The notes: generated from the letters alone by a model not told the origin. DNA of 18,090 nucleotides from Promethearchaeati archaeon (GCA_013166835.1 JABLTI010000076.1:1-18090); one strand, 5' to 3'. Numbered from the stretch's first letter, positions 1 through 9,101 are shown. A program made the numbers and translations.

Positions 1-290
1 TCGTATGTAGGAATTGGATAAGGACCTGGGTAACCCCAAGTTCTAGGAGATATTTGAGCCCAACCGGTGTGGTCAAATACGTCTACTCCAATACCGATTT
101 TTGGCAATTGTTCTACCATCAATGTTGACCATTGATTTCTTGCCGGATTGGTATTGGGCGCAAGAACACTTATTGAAAAGAAGGCTGGTGGGTTAGCTGC
201 TTCTATAGGTGTAGCCAAAAATGGCATAACACTTAAGCATAGGATTACTGCTAACGGAAGGACCATCCTTCTAATATCCTTCTTGATCAA
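1..290 (-). CDS. Peptide ABC transporter substrate-binding protein (OppA/DppA-like, family 5), 5' portion only; runs off the window edge
   Basis: Not in the ORF track; translated by hand from TTG at 290 (alternative ATG at 266): MIKKDIRRMVLPLAVILCLSVMPFLATPIEAANPPAFFSISVLAPNTNPARNQWSTLMVEQLPKIGIGVDVFDHTGWAQISPRTWGYPGPYPIPTY. It has a Sec-type signal peptide (basic N-region, hydrophobic core, IEA|A) and a GGAAGG RBS upstream. EQLPKIGIGV resembles the family-5 SBP 'q.l.kiGi.v' motif, and oppBCDF lie nearby. Confidence 0.75.
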   Translation of the reverse strand, partial: MIKKDIRRMVLPLAVILCLSVMPFLATPIEAANPPAFFSISVLAPNTNPARNQWSTLMVEQLPKIGIGVDVFDHTGWAQISPRTWGYPGPYPIPTY

Positions 291-367
291 ATTTTTTTAC
301 CTTCCACAAATAATATAGGTAATGTACTCTCTTAAAGAGTAGTACGGTTTATCTATTGAACTCTTGT

Positions 368-375
368 CTTTAAAA
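368..375 (-). promoter_or_regulatory. Candidate archaeal TATA box (TTTTAAAG) for the SBP gene
   Basis: Minus strand reads ATAACCC-TTTTAAAG about 80 nt upstream of the TTG start. An imperfect inverted repeat (324-345) lies at the expected transcription start. Motif only, in an AT-rich background. Confidence 0.35.
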
Positions 376-528
376 GGGTTATCGATGGAAGGAGTAATTA
401 CTTATATTTGGAGCGTTGATTTTTGTCGGCAGTTTTGGTCATTATTCTATTATTATTCTTAAAATAGTATTTTCTATCATTAAAAGCATAAAATTTGTAT
501 GTGAGAATTTGCATCTCAAGAGATGAGG

Positions 529-3369
529 TTAATGTCTCAAAGAAGTGATTATTTTTTCTCGACCATATTTTATTATTGAAGGTAACACACCCAACAAAGC
601 CATTATGGTCAGTACTACAGGAATAAGAACAATTTCCAAAACTGGCAAATTAACAGCGAAAGGTATTATATTATGCGATGTCAGAATTGGAGTAATTAAG
701 TTGAACGTAGCATAAGTAAACGCTAATCCAAGCAATAACCCGCCTATGCTTGCACTTAGAATTATAACTATTATTTCAATTACAAGCAATTTGGATATCG
801 TATTCGTAGATTTGCCCATGGTCTGAGAAATAGCAAATTCTTGAGTTCTTTGATTTAATGTAAAATCAGTAAACATGACTATTAAAACTATGATTATTAA
901 GACAATGGCAATTAATTGAACATAAAAGAAAACGCGGACGTTCGGTATATATGATTCTATAAATTTCCCCATGAAATACTCATTGATGAGCTCTGGATTG
1001 ACTTGTGTATTTGATAATAATGCCTTGATTTCATTTGTAATTCTGGTAGAATTTTCATCTGGAAAGACACTTGCTAAGAATAATTGACAACTGGATATTT
1101 CAAGTTCTGTTCTTATGAATTCTTCATTTATAAGAACAACTCCCTCATTTTCTTGTAGCATCTCAATGTTTCGTCCATCCAATAAACCCAATCCGGGAGC
1201 AGAATTCAAAATTCCTGTGATAACAAAAGATCTATGAAAGATTCCTCCTGGCAAGTTAACTATTGGAATTTCATCCCCTATAGTTAGATTAAGTCTGTTA
1301 GCCAGAGGTTGACTGATAATCACTCCAGCATATGTTTCATGCAAATTTTTCAGATTTTCGAATGAGTTGTCTTCCGCGAAACTACTAGCATCCCATTTTC
1401 CTACTCTCGTATATGTGATGGAATCTACACCCACAATCGTATAATCATCATAAGCTATCGAACCTGTTGTTTTCATAAAAGCAACAACTTCGTTTATTCC
1501 ATCAATTTGTGAGATATTATTTTTGAAGCTATAATCCACAGGATAAGTAATAACACGCATATCGGCTCCGTTTTTATAATCTGCTTCTAGCATTTGATTT
1601 TGAGTTACTGATGAAGCAGAAATTAGAGAGAAAGCAACAAAAGTAGAAACTAAAACTATTGCAAAAGTCATTGAGCTCAATTTCTTATCTTTTCGTTTGA
1701 AATTATTGATTAAGAAGAATGCTTCATTAAAGACAATTCTTCGATACAAACCTTTCAATGACACTTGGAATTTATCTGTTATGAGATAACTAATTAACTG
1801 CCCTACAAAAATCAATAAGAAGCAAAACAGGAGAAATGTATAACCGGCAGAGGAAGTACTTGCTAAGGAGAAATTCTGTGATTCTCGTATATTTCTTATC
1901 GTATCGATTAAAACAAAAATTAATGCAATGACAACAATTGTTACGACTCCGATATTTATTCCAAGAAAGATATTCCTTTCCATTTTTCTTCGTGCACTTA
2001 GCTCATGTTCAGAACTTTTATGTCTAAGAGAAATTTCCCACCAGATCTTCAAAGATGCATATCCAACAAGAATAATGAGTAATGTGAAAGAAATTCCAAT
2101 AGCAAATCCAAATGAAAAACTCGGTTCCCGTAAGAAGGCTCTAAATGTTGCGCCATTAAACCCACTTGGGGAAAAAGAAGGTATTAATGCGGAAATGATA
2201 AATGATAACGCAATTCCTAATATAATTCCGAAAAATGCTACGATGAGGAATTCAATTATAAATAACAGCAGAATTTGGATTGTGTCCGCTCCCCGATCTC
2301 TAAGCAGAGCAACTTCTTCTTGTCGATATTCAATAATAACATTTATTGTGAAAATCGTCATCACAATACCTACCAATATGACAGGTATCATTAAGACAAC
2401 TGAAATTGAAGCTCGAGAATATGCATTCATTAATGAGGTCAGAGTTGATTCAATAATATAAATGTAAGTTGTAGGATAATCTCTTTTAATTGTCTCTGAG
2501 AATAATTGCATTTTATTTACTACTTCATCCAGACCATCTTTGGTTATTTCTTCTTTATCGAATTTTACAAATAAAACATATGGAACTTCATTTGTTTTCA
2601 TCACAGCTTCATCACTTCCCAAAGAAGTTTTTGGGAAGATTATTGAGTCTGAAAGGACTTCACTTGAGAGAGCCGATTGAACGATAGAAAGGCCTTCATT
2701 TATTGTGAATATTCCTTTGACAGTATAATCCTCATAATAGGTTGTTTGAAATGAAGAGAGATATATTTCACCATAAGCTGGATTCGGAATGTATTTGCTT
2801 ATAGATAAATTTAGGATATCTCCTATTTGGATATCTCTATTATAGATTGAACTTAATTCTTGAGCTTGTTGTAAGCTTAACAAAATACCGTTGTCTTCAA
2901 CGGTGAAATTCCCTTCCACATTAAATACAAATGAGATTCGGTCCAGTGTTTCTTGACCTGTAATAAAAGCATTTGTAAGGGAAATAGGATCATTTGGATC
3001 CGTTTGACTGTTTTCAGGCAAGACTTCATAGGTCGTAGAATTCTTGTTTTCTGTATTGAATAATGCTGCCGTAGAATATCCCGTACAATAGAAATCTACA
3101 AGTGCATTTTCATCTAAATCCTCAATTATTTCATCTATATCCTCTGGTTGAGAGGCAGAGAAAATGTAAGCCTGGAAATCTTGTGACCCTAGAAAATCAT
3201 TAATAGCTAAATCTTCTGAAGTATTTGACCAAAGGTTCACAGATAAAAACATGGAGACAGAAATAGTAAAACCAAAAATGATAATTATCATATGCCTTTT
3301 ATGACTAAGAATATTCTTGAAAGCTAATGAAAACAAAAAGCGGAATTTGACATTGTTTTTACTACTCAT
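529..3369 (-). CDS. FtsX/MacB-family ABC transporter permease (two-repeat, 946 aa)
   Basis: N-terminal 'LAFKNILSHKRH..IIIFGFTISV' TM is followed by a large extracytoplasmic domain and the FtsX motif 'YRQEEVALLRDRGAD..QILLLFIIE'. A second repeat ends in 'QRTQEFAISQTMG....ISKLLVIE'. It lies directly downstream of a LolD-like ATPase. Confidence 0.9.
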   Translation of the reverse strand: MSSKNNVKFRFLFSLAFKNILSHKRHMIIIIFGFTISVSMFLSVNLWSNTSEDLAINDFLGSQDFQAYIFSASQPEDIDEIIEDLDENALVDFYCTGYSTAALFNTENKNSTTYEVLPENSQTDPNDPISLTNAFITGQETLDRISFVFNVEGNFTVEDNGILLSLQQAQELSSIYNRDIQIGDILNLSISKYIPNPAYGEIYLSSFQTTYYEDYTVKGIFTINEGLSIVQSALSSEVLSDSIIFPKTSLGSDEAVMKTNEVPYVLFVKFDKEEITKDGLDEVVNKMQLFSETIKRDYPTTYIYIIESTLTSLMNAYSRASISVVLMIPVILVGIVMTIFTINVIIEYRQEEVALLRDRGADTIQILLLFIIEFLIVAFFGIILGIALSFIISALIPSFSPSGFNGATFRAFLREPSFSFGFAIGISFTLLIILVGYASLKIWWEISLRHKSSEHELSARRKMERNIFLGINIGVVTIVVIALIFVLIDTIRNIRESQNFSLASTSSAGYTFLLFCFLLIFVGQLISYLITDKFQVSLKGLYRRIVFNEAFFLINNFKRKDKKLSSMTFAIVLVSTFVAFSLISASSVTQNQMLEADYKNGADMRVITYPVDYSFKNNISQIDGINEVVAFMKTTGSIAYDDYTIVGVDSITYTRVGKWDASSFAEDNSFENLKNLHETYAGVIISQPLANRLNLTIGDEIPIVNLPGGIFHRSFVITGILNSAPGLGLLDGRNIEMLQENEGVVLINEEFIRTELEISSCQLFLASVFPDENSTRITNEIKALLSNTQVNPELINEYFMGKFIESYIPNVRVFFYVQLIAIVLIIIVLIVMFTDFTLNQRTQEFAISQTMGKSTNTISKLLVIEIIVIILSASIGGLLLGLAFTYATFNLITPILTSHNIIPFAVNLPVLEIVLIPVVLTIMALLGVLPSIIKYGREKIITSLRH

Positions 3370-3404
3370 TAATTAACACCAAATTTTCAATCATTTCCAA
3401 ATGT

Positions 3405-4241
3405 TCAAGATGTTTTGCTTTTTTTGCTTGACTTCTTCGATTTCTTAGTTGTAGCATTTTTCTTTGCTTTTGGTTTTGCTGCAGGTTCATTCTCAGCGAT
3501 TTCAGGTTCTCGATAAATCGCCTTTGCAGCTCTGAAATCAAAGGATTCCTTATCAACAATTTTTTCCTCAACAAGTTTACCATTACGAATAATTAGTACT
3601 CTGTCCGCTCTTGCAGCGACTTCAGGATCATGAGTAGTCATAATTACTGCAATATTTTCATTCTCTATGAGTTCCTCAAGAAGATCCATAATTCCATCAC
3701 CAAGAGTGGTGTCTAAAGCGCGAGTCGGTTCGTCACAAATCAAAATTTTCGGACTATTCGCTATTGCTCTGGCAATTGCTACTCTTTGCTTTTGACCGTT
3801 TGATAATTGATGAGGATATTTGTTCGCCATTGGGCGCATTTCGACTCGCTCAAGTAATCTATACGCTTTTGTTAATGCTAGTTGCTCAGATTTCCCGGCA
3901 ATAATTAGCGGAGCCATAACGTTTTCAATCGCTGTCATACTTGGAATGAGATAGAATTCCTGGAAAATCATACCTACCTTGTCTCTTCTGAAAAGACGAA
4001 AATCATCTTTAGACATATTTGAAACATTATTTCCATCGATTTCTATATGACCCTCAGTCATGGTATCTATTCCAAAAAGAAGATTCAACAAAGTAGTTTT
4101 CCCGCTTCCAGAGATTCCTACAATGGCCAGGAGTTCCTTTTCTTTCAAATCAAAAGAGACTCCTTTTAGAACTTCCAAAGGACCAGAACGGAGCTCATAC
4201 TGCTTAAAAACATCCTTACACTCCAATACAGCACTTGACAT
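3405..4241 (-). CDS. ABC transporter ATP-binding protein, LolD/MacB/FtsE-like, with Lys-rich C-terminal tail
   Basis: Walker A GISGSGKTT, Q-loop MIFQEF, signature LSNGQKQRVAIARA, Walker B ICDEPT and H-loop TTHD. Co-oriented with the FtsX permease, 35 nt gap. Confidence 0.92.
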   Translation of the reverse strand: MSSAVLECKDVFKQYELRSGPLEVLKGVSFDLKEKELLAIVGISGSGKTTLLNLLFGIDTMTEGHIEIDGNNVSNMSKDDFRLFRRDKVGMIFQEFYLIPSMTAIENVMAPLIIAGKSEQLALTKAYRLLERVEMRPMANKYPHQLSNGQKQRVAIARAIANSPKILICDEPTRALDTTLGDGIMDLLEELIENENIAVIMTTHDPEVAARADRVLIIRNGKLVEEKIVDKESFDFRAAKAIYREPEIAENEPAAKPKAKKNATTKKSKKSSKKSKTS

Positions 4242-4469
4242 GATTTAACCTTCTTCGAGGATTTAGTGATCGAATTGCCTTTTACCTTTTTATTTTTCTC
4301 TAATTCCAAATCATAATACTAGAACCATATTAAAAAAGTGTAGGTTCCTATGGGAAAATCAAGAAATGATTCTTATTTATATGATAATTAGCAATTACCT
4401 ATCCCCTTTAAATGATTTTTTCCTACTTATCAGAATCTAGGAAGGATTTTATTATGATTGTTTTAATTT

Positions 4470-4486
4470 AGTAACTAATAGTTACT
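4470..4486. promoter_or_regulatory. Perfect palindrome AGTAACTA-A-TAGTTACT, candidate operator in a divergent promoter region
   Basis: 8-bp arms with a 1-nt spacer, too tight for an RNA hairpin. It lies between the divergent LolD-like ATPase and oppF. Confidence 0.4.
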
Positions 4487-4601
4487 TGGATATTTCGAAT
4501 TGTAAATATCAAAGGAAATATTCATAAAGAACTAAAATCAATCGATAAAAGGAGTATTGAAGTTTATCTCAATACGTAATAATCAAGAGCGTGATAAAGA
4601 A

Positions 4602-5606
4602 ATGGCTTCAGAATCACCACAAGCTGATGTGCTTCTAGAACTAAAAGATTTAAGAAAATGGTTTCCCATAAAGGAACAAAGTTTTGTTGGGAGTAGACAA
4701 GTGGCAAATATCAAAGCTGTTGATGGTGTCAATTTAATTGTTTACAAAGGTGAAACCCTTGGTTTAGTTGGCGAAAGCGGTTGTGGTAAAACAACTACTG
4801 GAAAAGTTATTGTTAAATTAGAAGTTCCTACAACAGGTCAAGTATTATATCGAAATCAAGATATCTATGCTTTCAATACAAAAGAAGATGAAATGCATTT
4901 CAAACGAAACGTCCAAATGATATTTCAGGATCCATACAGCTCATTAAATCCGCGAATGCTCATTATGGATATCATTGGTGAAGGACTTCAAATACATGAA
5001 TCTAAAATGCCAAAAGCGCAAAGAGAAAAACAAGTCTTCAACTTATTGGACTCAGTCGGTTTGGAAGATTATCACGCAATGAGATATCCTCATGAATTCT
5101 CTGGAGGACAAAGACAAAGAATTGGTATTGCTCGAGCATTAGCAGTCAATCCAGAACTTGTAGTTGCAGATGAACCAGTTTCTGCTCTCGATGTGTCTGT
5201 TCAAGCACAAATCCTAAATTTAATGCAAGACCTTCAAAAAGAATTCAATTTAACGTACATTTTTGTTGCACACGATCTTTCTGTTATAAAGCATGTAAGT
5301 GACAGAGTTGCAGTTATGTATCTTGGAACAATAGTTGAATTCGGATCAAATAGACAAGTCTTTACACGAACTGCTCATCCTTATTCTGTTTCATTGATGT
5401 CAGCAATTCCTCGTCCAGATCCAAGACGTAAAATGAAGCGAATTGTACTTCCGGGAGAACCCCCTTCTCCAATTAATATTCCCTCAGGTTGTCGATTCCA
5501 TCCTCGATGTTACAAATCTGATGGAAAGAAATGCATTAAAGAAGATCCACCAGTCATTGAAATCGAAGATGAACATTACGTTAAATGTCATTATCCAGAA
5601 GTATAG
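4602..5606 (+). CDS. oppF: Oligopeptide/dipeptide ABC transporter ATP-binding protein (OppF/AppF/DppF type)
   Basis: KAVDGV, GETLGLVGESGCGKTT, QMIFQDPYSSLNPR, YPHEFSGGQRQRIGIARAL, ADEPVSALDVSVQAQ and C-terminal GCRFHPRC..C..CH. ATG 4602 is preferred over TTG 4557 because a GTGAT RBS-like sequence precedes it. Confidence 0.92.
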   Translation: MASESPQADVLLELKDLRKWFPIKEQSFVGSRQVANIKAVDGVNLIVYKGETLGLVGESGCGKTTTGKVIVKLEVPTTGQVLYRNQDIYAFNTKEDEMHFKRNVQMIFQDPYSSLNPRMLIMDIIGEGLQIHESKMPKAQREKQVFNLLDSVGLEDYHAMRYPHEFSGGQRQRIGIARALAVNPELVVADEPVSALDVSVQAQILNLMQDLQKEFNLTYIFVAHDLSVIKHVSDRVAVMYLGTIVEFGSNRQVFTRTAHPYSVSLMSAIPRPDPRRKMKRIVLPGEPPSPINIPSGCRFHPRCYKSDGKKCIKEDPPVIEIEDEHYVKCHYPEV

Positions 5607-5720
5607 GGATTTAATATCCCACCTTTCTTTATATTTTATTTCTCATAAATCAGCAGTCAAATTATGACGAAAAATCTTTGATTACTAGATTGCATCTCCT
5701 ATTTTGAGATATTGAATCTA

Positions 5721-5738
5721 CAGAAAAGACTTAATAAA
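5721..5738 (+). promoter_or_regulatory. Candidate BRE/TATA (cagaaaagac-TTAATAAA), suggesting oppD has its own promoter
   Basis: A purine-rich stretch followed by a TATA-like octamer, about 42 nt upstream of the ATG, in a 173-nt intergenic gap. Confidence 0.3.
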
Positions 5739-5779
5739 AAGAAATTATATTTGCTATCAGAACAAAATCGGTGAATTCT

Positions 5780-6811
5780 ATGGAACCATTACTGGAAGTA
5801 AAAGGTCTGGTCACAAATTTCTTCACAGAGTCAGGTGTAGTTGAAGCCTTAGATGGAATTGACTTAACGGTATTTCCAAAAGAATCTGTTGGAGTTGTAG
5901 GTGAATCAGGTTGTGGGAAAACCCAAACTGCTTATTCAATTCTCAGAATTCTGGCTTCAAATGGAAAAATTATGAGTGGACAAGTCTTGTATAAAGGAAA
6001 GGATCTTGTTCAATTACCAGATTCGGAAATGCGACAAGTTCGTGGAAAAGAAATCGCAATGATTTTTCAAGATCCAATGACTTCTTTAAATCCTGTATTA
6101 AAAATCTCTGATCAGATGATTGAAGTAATTGCAATGCACAGGGATGTTTCTGAAATTGAAGCAAGAGAATTAGCAATCGAATCTTTAGCAGCAGTAGGTC
6201 TTTCAGACGCAGCAGATCGTATTGATGAATATCCCCACAAATTCAGTGGTGGAATGAGACAAAGAATTTTGATTGCTAGAGCATTAGCCCTTAGACCTTC
6301 GTTATTAATTGCAGACGAACCAACCACTGCATTAGATGTAACTATTCAAGCACAAGTATTAGAGATTATTAAAGATATGAAGGAACAATATAATCTCGCA
6401 TTAATGCTAATTACTCACAATCTTGGAGTTGTTGCTGAACTAACAGATAGAGTACACATCTTTTATGGAGGTCGTGTAGCTGAAGTTGCTACAACTTATA
6501 ATATCTTTACAATGCCAATGCATCCATACACTATTGCTTTACTTGAAAGTATTCCCTCATTAGATGTTGAAAAAGGTAGATTAGCAACAATTCCAGGAAG
6601 TGTTCCGCAACTCATTAATCCACCAAAAGGTTGTAGATTCCATCCTCGATGCAAATATGCTAAAGATAAGTGTTCAAAAGATATACCTGTCTTGGAGGAA
6701 AAAGAAACTGGTAGATTTGTTGCTTGTCATTTCTGGGAAGAGGTTGAAGTTAGTGAGTTAGCTGAACAAGTTATGGGATCACATAAAAATAAGATCAATC
6801 AGAAAGCTTAG
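5780..6811 (+). CDS. oppD: Oligopeptide/dipeptide ABC transporter ATP-binding protein (OppD/AppD/DppD type)
   Basis: GVVGESGCGKT, IAMIFQDPMTSLNPV, YPHKFSGGMRQR, ADEPTTALDVTIQAQ, LITHNLGVV and GCRFHPRC. GGTGA at 5770-5774 serves as RBS for ATG 5780 (the ORF track uses GTG 5771). Confidence 0.92.
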   Translation: MEPLLEVKGLVTNFFTESGVVEALDGIDLTVFPKESVGVVGESGCGKTQTAYSILRILASNGKIMSGQVLYKGKDLVQLPDSEMRQVRGKEIAMIFQDPMTSLNPVLKISDQMIEVIAMHRDVSEIEARELAIESLAAVGLSDAADRIDEYPHKFSGGMRQRILIARALALRPSLLIADEPTTALDVTIQAQVLEIIKDMKEQYNLALMLITHNLGVVAELTDRVHIFYGGRVAEVATTYNIFTMPMHPYTIALLESIPSLDVEKGRLATIPGSVPQLINPPKGCRFHPRCKYAKDKCSKDIPVLEEKETGRFVACHFWEEVEVSELAEQVMGSHKNKINQKA

Positions 6812-6825
6812 TATTTAATTTGTTG

Positions 6826-6879
6826 ATGATTTGTTAAGGTTTCAAGGACTTTACAAATCATTTTTAACTTTTCTTTTTT
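6826..6879 (+). terminator. Hairpin plus T-tract after oppD
   Basis: ATGATTTGT (6826-6834) pairs with ACAAATCAT (6853-6861), with extra inner AAG/CTT pairs. It is followed by TTTTAACTTTTCTTTTTT. Confidence 0.6.
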
Positions 6880-6923
6880 GTTATATACTCAAAATTCTTT
6901 TGTAATTCATTTTTTAAAAAATT

Positions 6924-6965
6924 AAAAAAAAATGAAAGAAATTGAATTGGTATCGAACCAATTCA
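6924..6965 (-). terminator. Hairpin plus T-tract after oppC
   Basis: TGAATTGGT-atcga-ACCAATTCA (6943-6965) is a perfect 9-bp stem, followed on the minus strand by TTTCTTTCATTTTTTTTT. Confidence 0.6.
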
Positions 6966-6987
6966 TTCCTAGATGTAAATATTCAGT

Positions 6988-7965
6988 TTATTCTCTGAGT
7001 CTTGGATCCATAGCATCTCGTAAAGCATCGCCAACAATGTTAAACGCCAGCACCAGGAAGAAAATTCCAAAGCCTGCAACGAATACTTGTTCGGGATTAT
7101 TCTGCAGATTTAATACTCCATCATTGACAATTCTTCCCCAAGAAACTGTTGAGGGATCACCAAAACCAAGGAAGGTTAAACCAGCTTCTGCAAGAATATT
7201 GCCACTCATGTTTAGAGTTGTAATAACAATAATTGGTGCGAGGATATTTGGTAATATGTGCTTAGTAATTATACGCCAGTCACTTGCTCCAAGACAAACT
7301 GCTGCTTGAACATATTCCAGAGTCATTACTCGTCTCACTTCCGCTGAAACCAAACGAGCTAACCCAGCCCAACCAAAAAGACCAAGTACTGAGATCATAA
7401 TTGTTGAGTGGTTTATATTCTGGAGGAATTCTATTCTCCCTGATCTAAGGAAGGATACAGCTACAATAGCTATGAGTAAGAAGGGTACTGCTAAGAACAT
7501 ATCAGTAAGACGCATAATAATTTCTTCTGTCAGTCCTCGATAATAGCCTGCTAATAAGCCAAGTAAAACTCCTATCAAAGTTGATACGAGTGATGCAACG
7601 ATTCCAACAATTAAGCTAATTTTGGTACCCCATATGACTCTTGCAAGTAAATCTCTTCCAAGGGTATCAGTACCAATTGGGTATTTTAGACTCGGTCGTT
7701 CATCCGCACCTCCACCACCATATTTATCAAATAGTGGATCTAAGGAGGTTGGAAAATCAGGAGATATTACAGGAGCAAGTATAGCGATAATTGCTACAAC
7801 GAGTATAACAAAGAATCCATATATTGCTAATTTGTTCTTCTGAAATCTTCTCCAGACAAGGGTCCAATGTGAGGGTGATTTTTCAACTGGAGCTTCATCG
7901 CCGACTCGTATTAATTCAGCTGCTGTTTTTTCTCTTTTAGTATCCTTATCAATTGCTGTAGCCAT
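6988..7965 (-). CDS. oppC: Oligopeptide/dipeptide ABC transporter permease (OppC/DppC type)
   Basis: 'WRRFQKNKLAIYG' OppC N-terminal motif, GTDTLGRDLLARVIWG.KISL, EAA loop 'EYVQAAVCLGASDWRIITKHILPN' and C-terminal 'GDALRDAMDPR'. GGAGG RBS upstream. Confidence 0.93.
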   Translation of the reverse strand: MATAIDKDTKREKTAAELIRVGDEAPVEKSPSHWTLVWRRFQKNKLAIYGFFVILVVAIIAILAPVISPDFPTSLDPLFDKYGGGGADERPSLKYPIGTDTLGRDLLARVIWGTKISLIVGIVASLVSTLIGVLLGLLAGYYRGLTEEIIMRLTDMFLAVPFLLIAIVAVSFLRSGRIEFLQNINHSTIMISVLGLFGWAGLARLVSAEVRRVMTLEYVQAAVCLGASDWRIITKHILPNILAPIIVITTLNMSGNILAEAGLTFLGFGDPSTVSWGRIVNDGVLNLQNNPEQVFVAGFGIFFLVLAFNIVGDALRDAMDPRLRE

Positions 7966-7982
7966 ATTTTTTCCTCCATTTA

Positions 7983-9101
7983 TCAGAGTTCAATCCGTGG
8001 ATCTACCCAGACATAAGCTATATCCGTCAGCAGGTTCGCAACCAGTATCATTAGCGTAATAATCATACTAATGCCCATGATTAAAGGGTGATCGAGCCTA
8101 AATACGTATTCAACAAATTTTTGTCCTAATCCTGGATAGGAGAAGACCGTTTCAGTGATAGGCGCACCAGCAAGAACTCCTCCTATGAATAAACCAATAT
8201 AGGTTACTACAGGCAGAAGGGCATTTCGTAAACCATGACTAATTAGAACTGCACGTTCGGATAAACCATTTGCTCGAGCTGAAAGGATGTAATCTTGTCT
8301 GAGGATTTCCAACATAGAACCTCTTACAAGTCTTGTGAATAGAGCTAAGCTCGCAAAAATAAGAGTAGCTACTGGTAAAATCATGTACCAAATCGTATCT
8401 CCCATATACGTGAAGAACGATCCAAGGAAAGTACCCAGATCACCAGACCATAATGCACTCCAATCCGTTGGTAATACATTTGTACTATGAGCCTTTCCTG
8501 CGGGGAACCAATCTAATCCTCTTCCTGCAAATATGAAGATCAGCAGGTTACCGAATACAAAAATAGGCATTGATAATCCTAATAATGCTAAAGCGCTTAC
8601 ACCTGAATCCACCCAACTATTTTGGAATCTTGCTGCAAGAACTCCTAAAATTATTGAAATTACTAGAGAGATAAGAAATTGTGTTGATTGAAGTTTTAGA
8701 GTTTCTGTTAAGTATTTACCAACTTCTACTAAAACAGGTTCTCTACTAAAGAAAGTTAAACCAAGATCAAATCTAACAAATCCCCCCAACCAAATTAGAT
8801 ATTGTTGCGTTGGTGGTTGCGACAATCCCAAAGCATCTCGTAACCGATCAATATCTTCAGGTCTGATATGGGGATTTTGTTGTACAAGATAAGCAAGAGG
8901 ATCACCAATCATATACATTAAAGCGAAAGTAATAATTGAAATCCCAATAAATAATGGGATAATTGTGAGAATTCTTCTAACACTGTAAACAAGGACTCTA
9001 TTACCGGCCACTCCTCTAAACCATTGACCAATATTAGTGCCAACTTTGGTAACTCTTTCTGGGGAAATTTCTTCTATATCTACAACCTGTGCATCAGACA
9101 T
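7983..9101 (-). CDS. oppB: Oligopeptide/dipeptide ABC transporter permease (OppB/DppB type)
   Basis: 'RRILTIIPLFIGISIITF..GDP', 'R.SMLEILRQDYILSARANGL....HGLRNALLP', 'ETVFSYPGLG' and 'DIAYVWVDPRI'. ATG 9101 follows a GGAG RBS (the ORF track starts at TTG 9119). Confidence 0.93.
   Translation of the reverse strand: MSDAQVVDIEEISPERVTKVGTNIGQWFRGVAGNRVLVYSVRRILTIIPLFIGISIITFALMYMIGDPLAYLVQQNPHIRPEDIDRLRDALGLSQPPTQQYLIWLGGFVRFDLGLTFFSREPVLVEVGKYLTETLKLQSTQFLISLVISIILGVLAARFQNSWVDSGVSALALLGLSMPIFVFGNLLIFIFAGRGLDWFPAGKAHSTNVLPTDWSALWSGDLGTFLGSFFTYMGDTIWYMILPVATLIFASLALFTRLVRGSMLEILRQDYILSARANGLSERAVLISHGLRNALLPVVTYIGLFIGGVLAGAPITETVFSYPGLGQKFVEYVFRLDHPLIMGISMIITLMILVANLLTDIAYVWVDPRIEL

Noticed and set aside
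1928-2687. ORF-track + strand ORFs 1928-2461 and 2490-2687
   Set aside because: Antisense shadows of the FtsX permease with no recognisable motifs.
3362-4248. Small ORFs 3362-3583 (-) and 4060-4248 (+)
   Set aside because: Alternative-frame or antisense overlaps of the well-supported ATPase gene.
5487-6651. 22/23-nt direct repeat GGTTGT(C/A)GATTCCATCCTCGATG at 5487-5509 and 6629-6651
   Set aside because: It encodes the conserved GCRFHPRC motif in the paralogs OppF and OppD, so protein constraint explains it.
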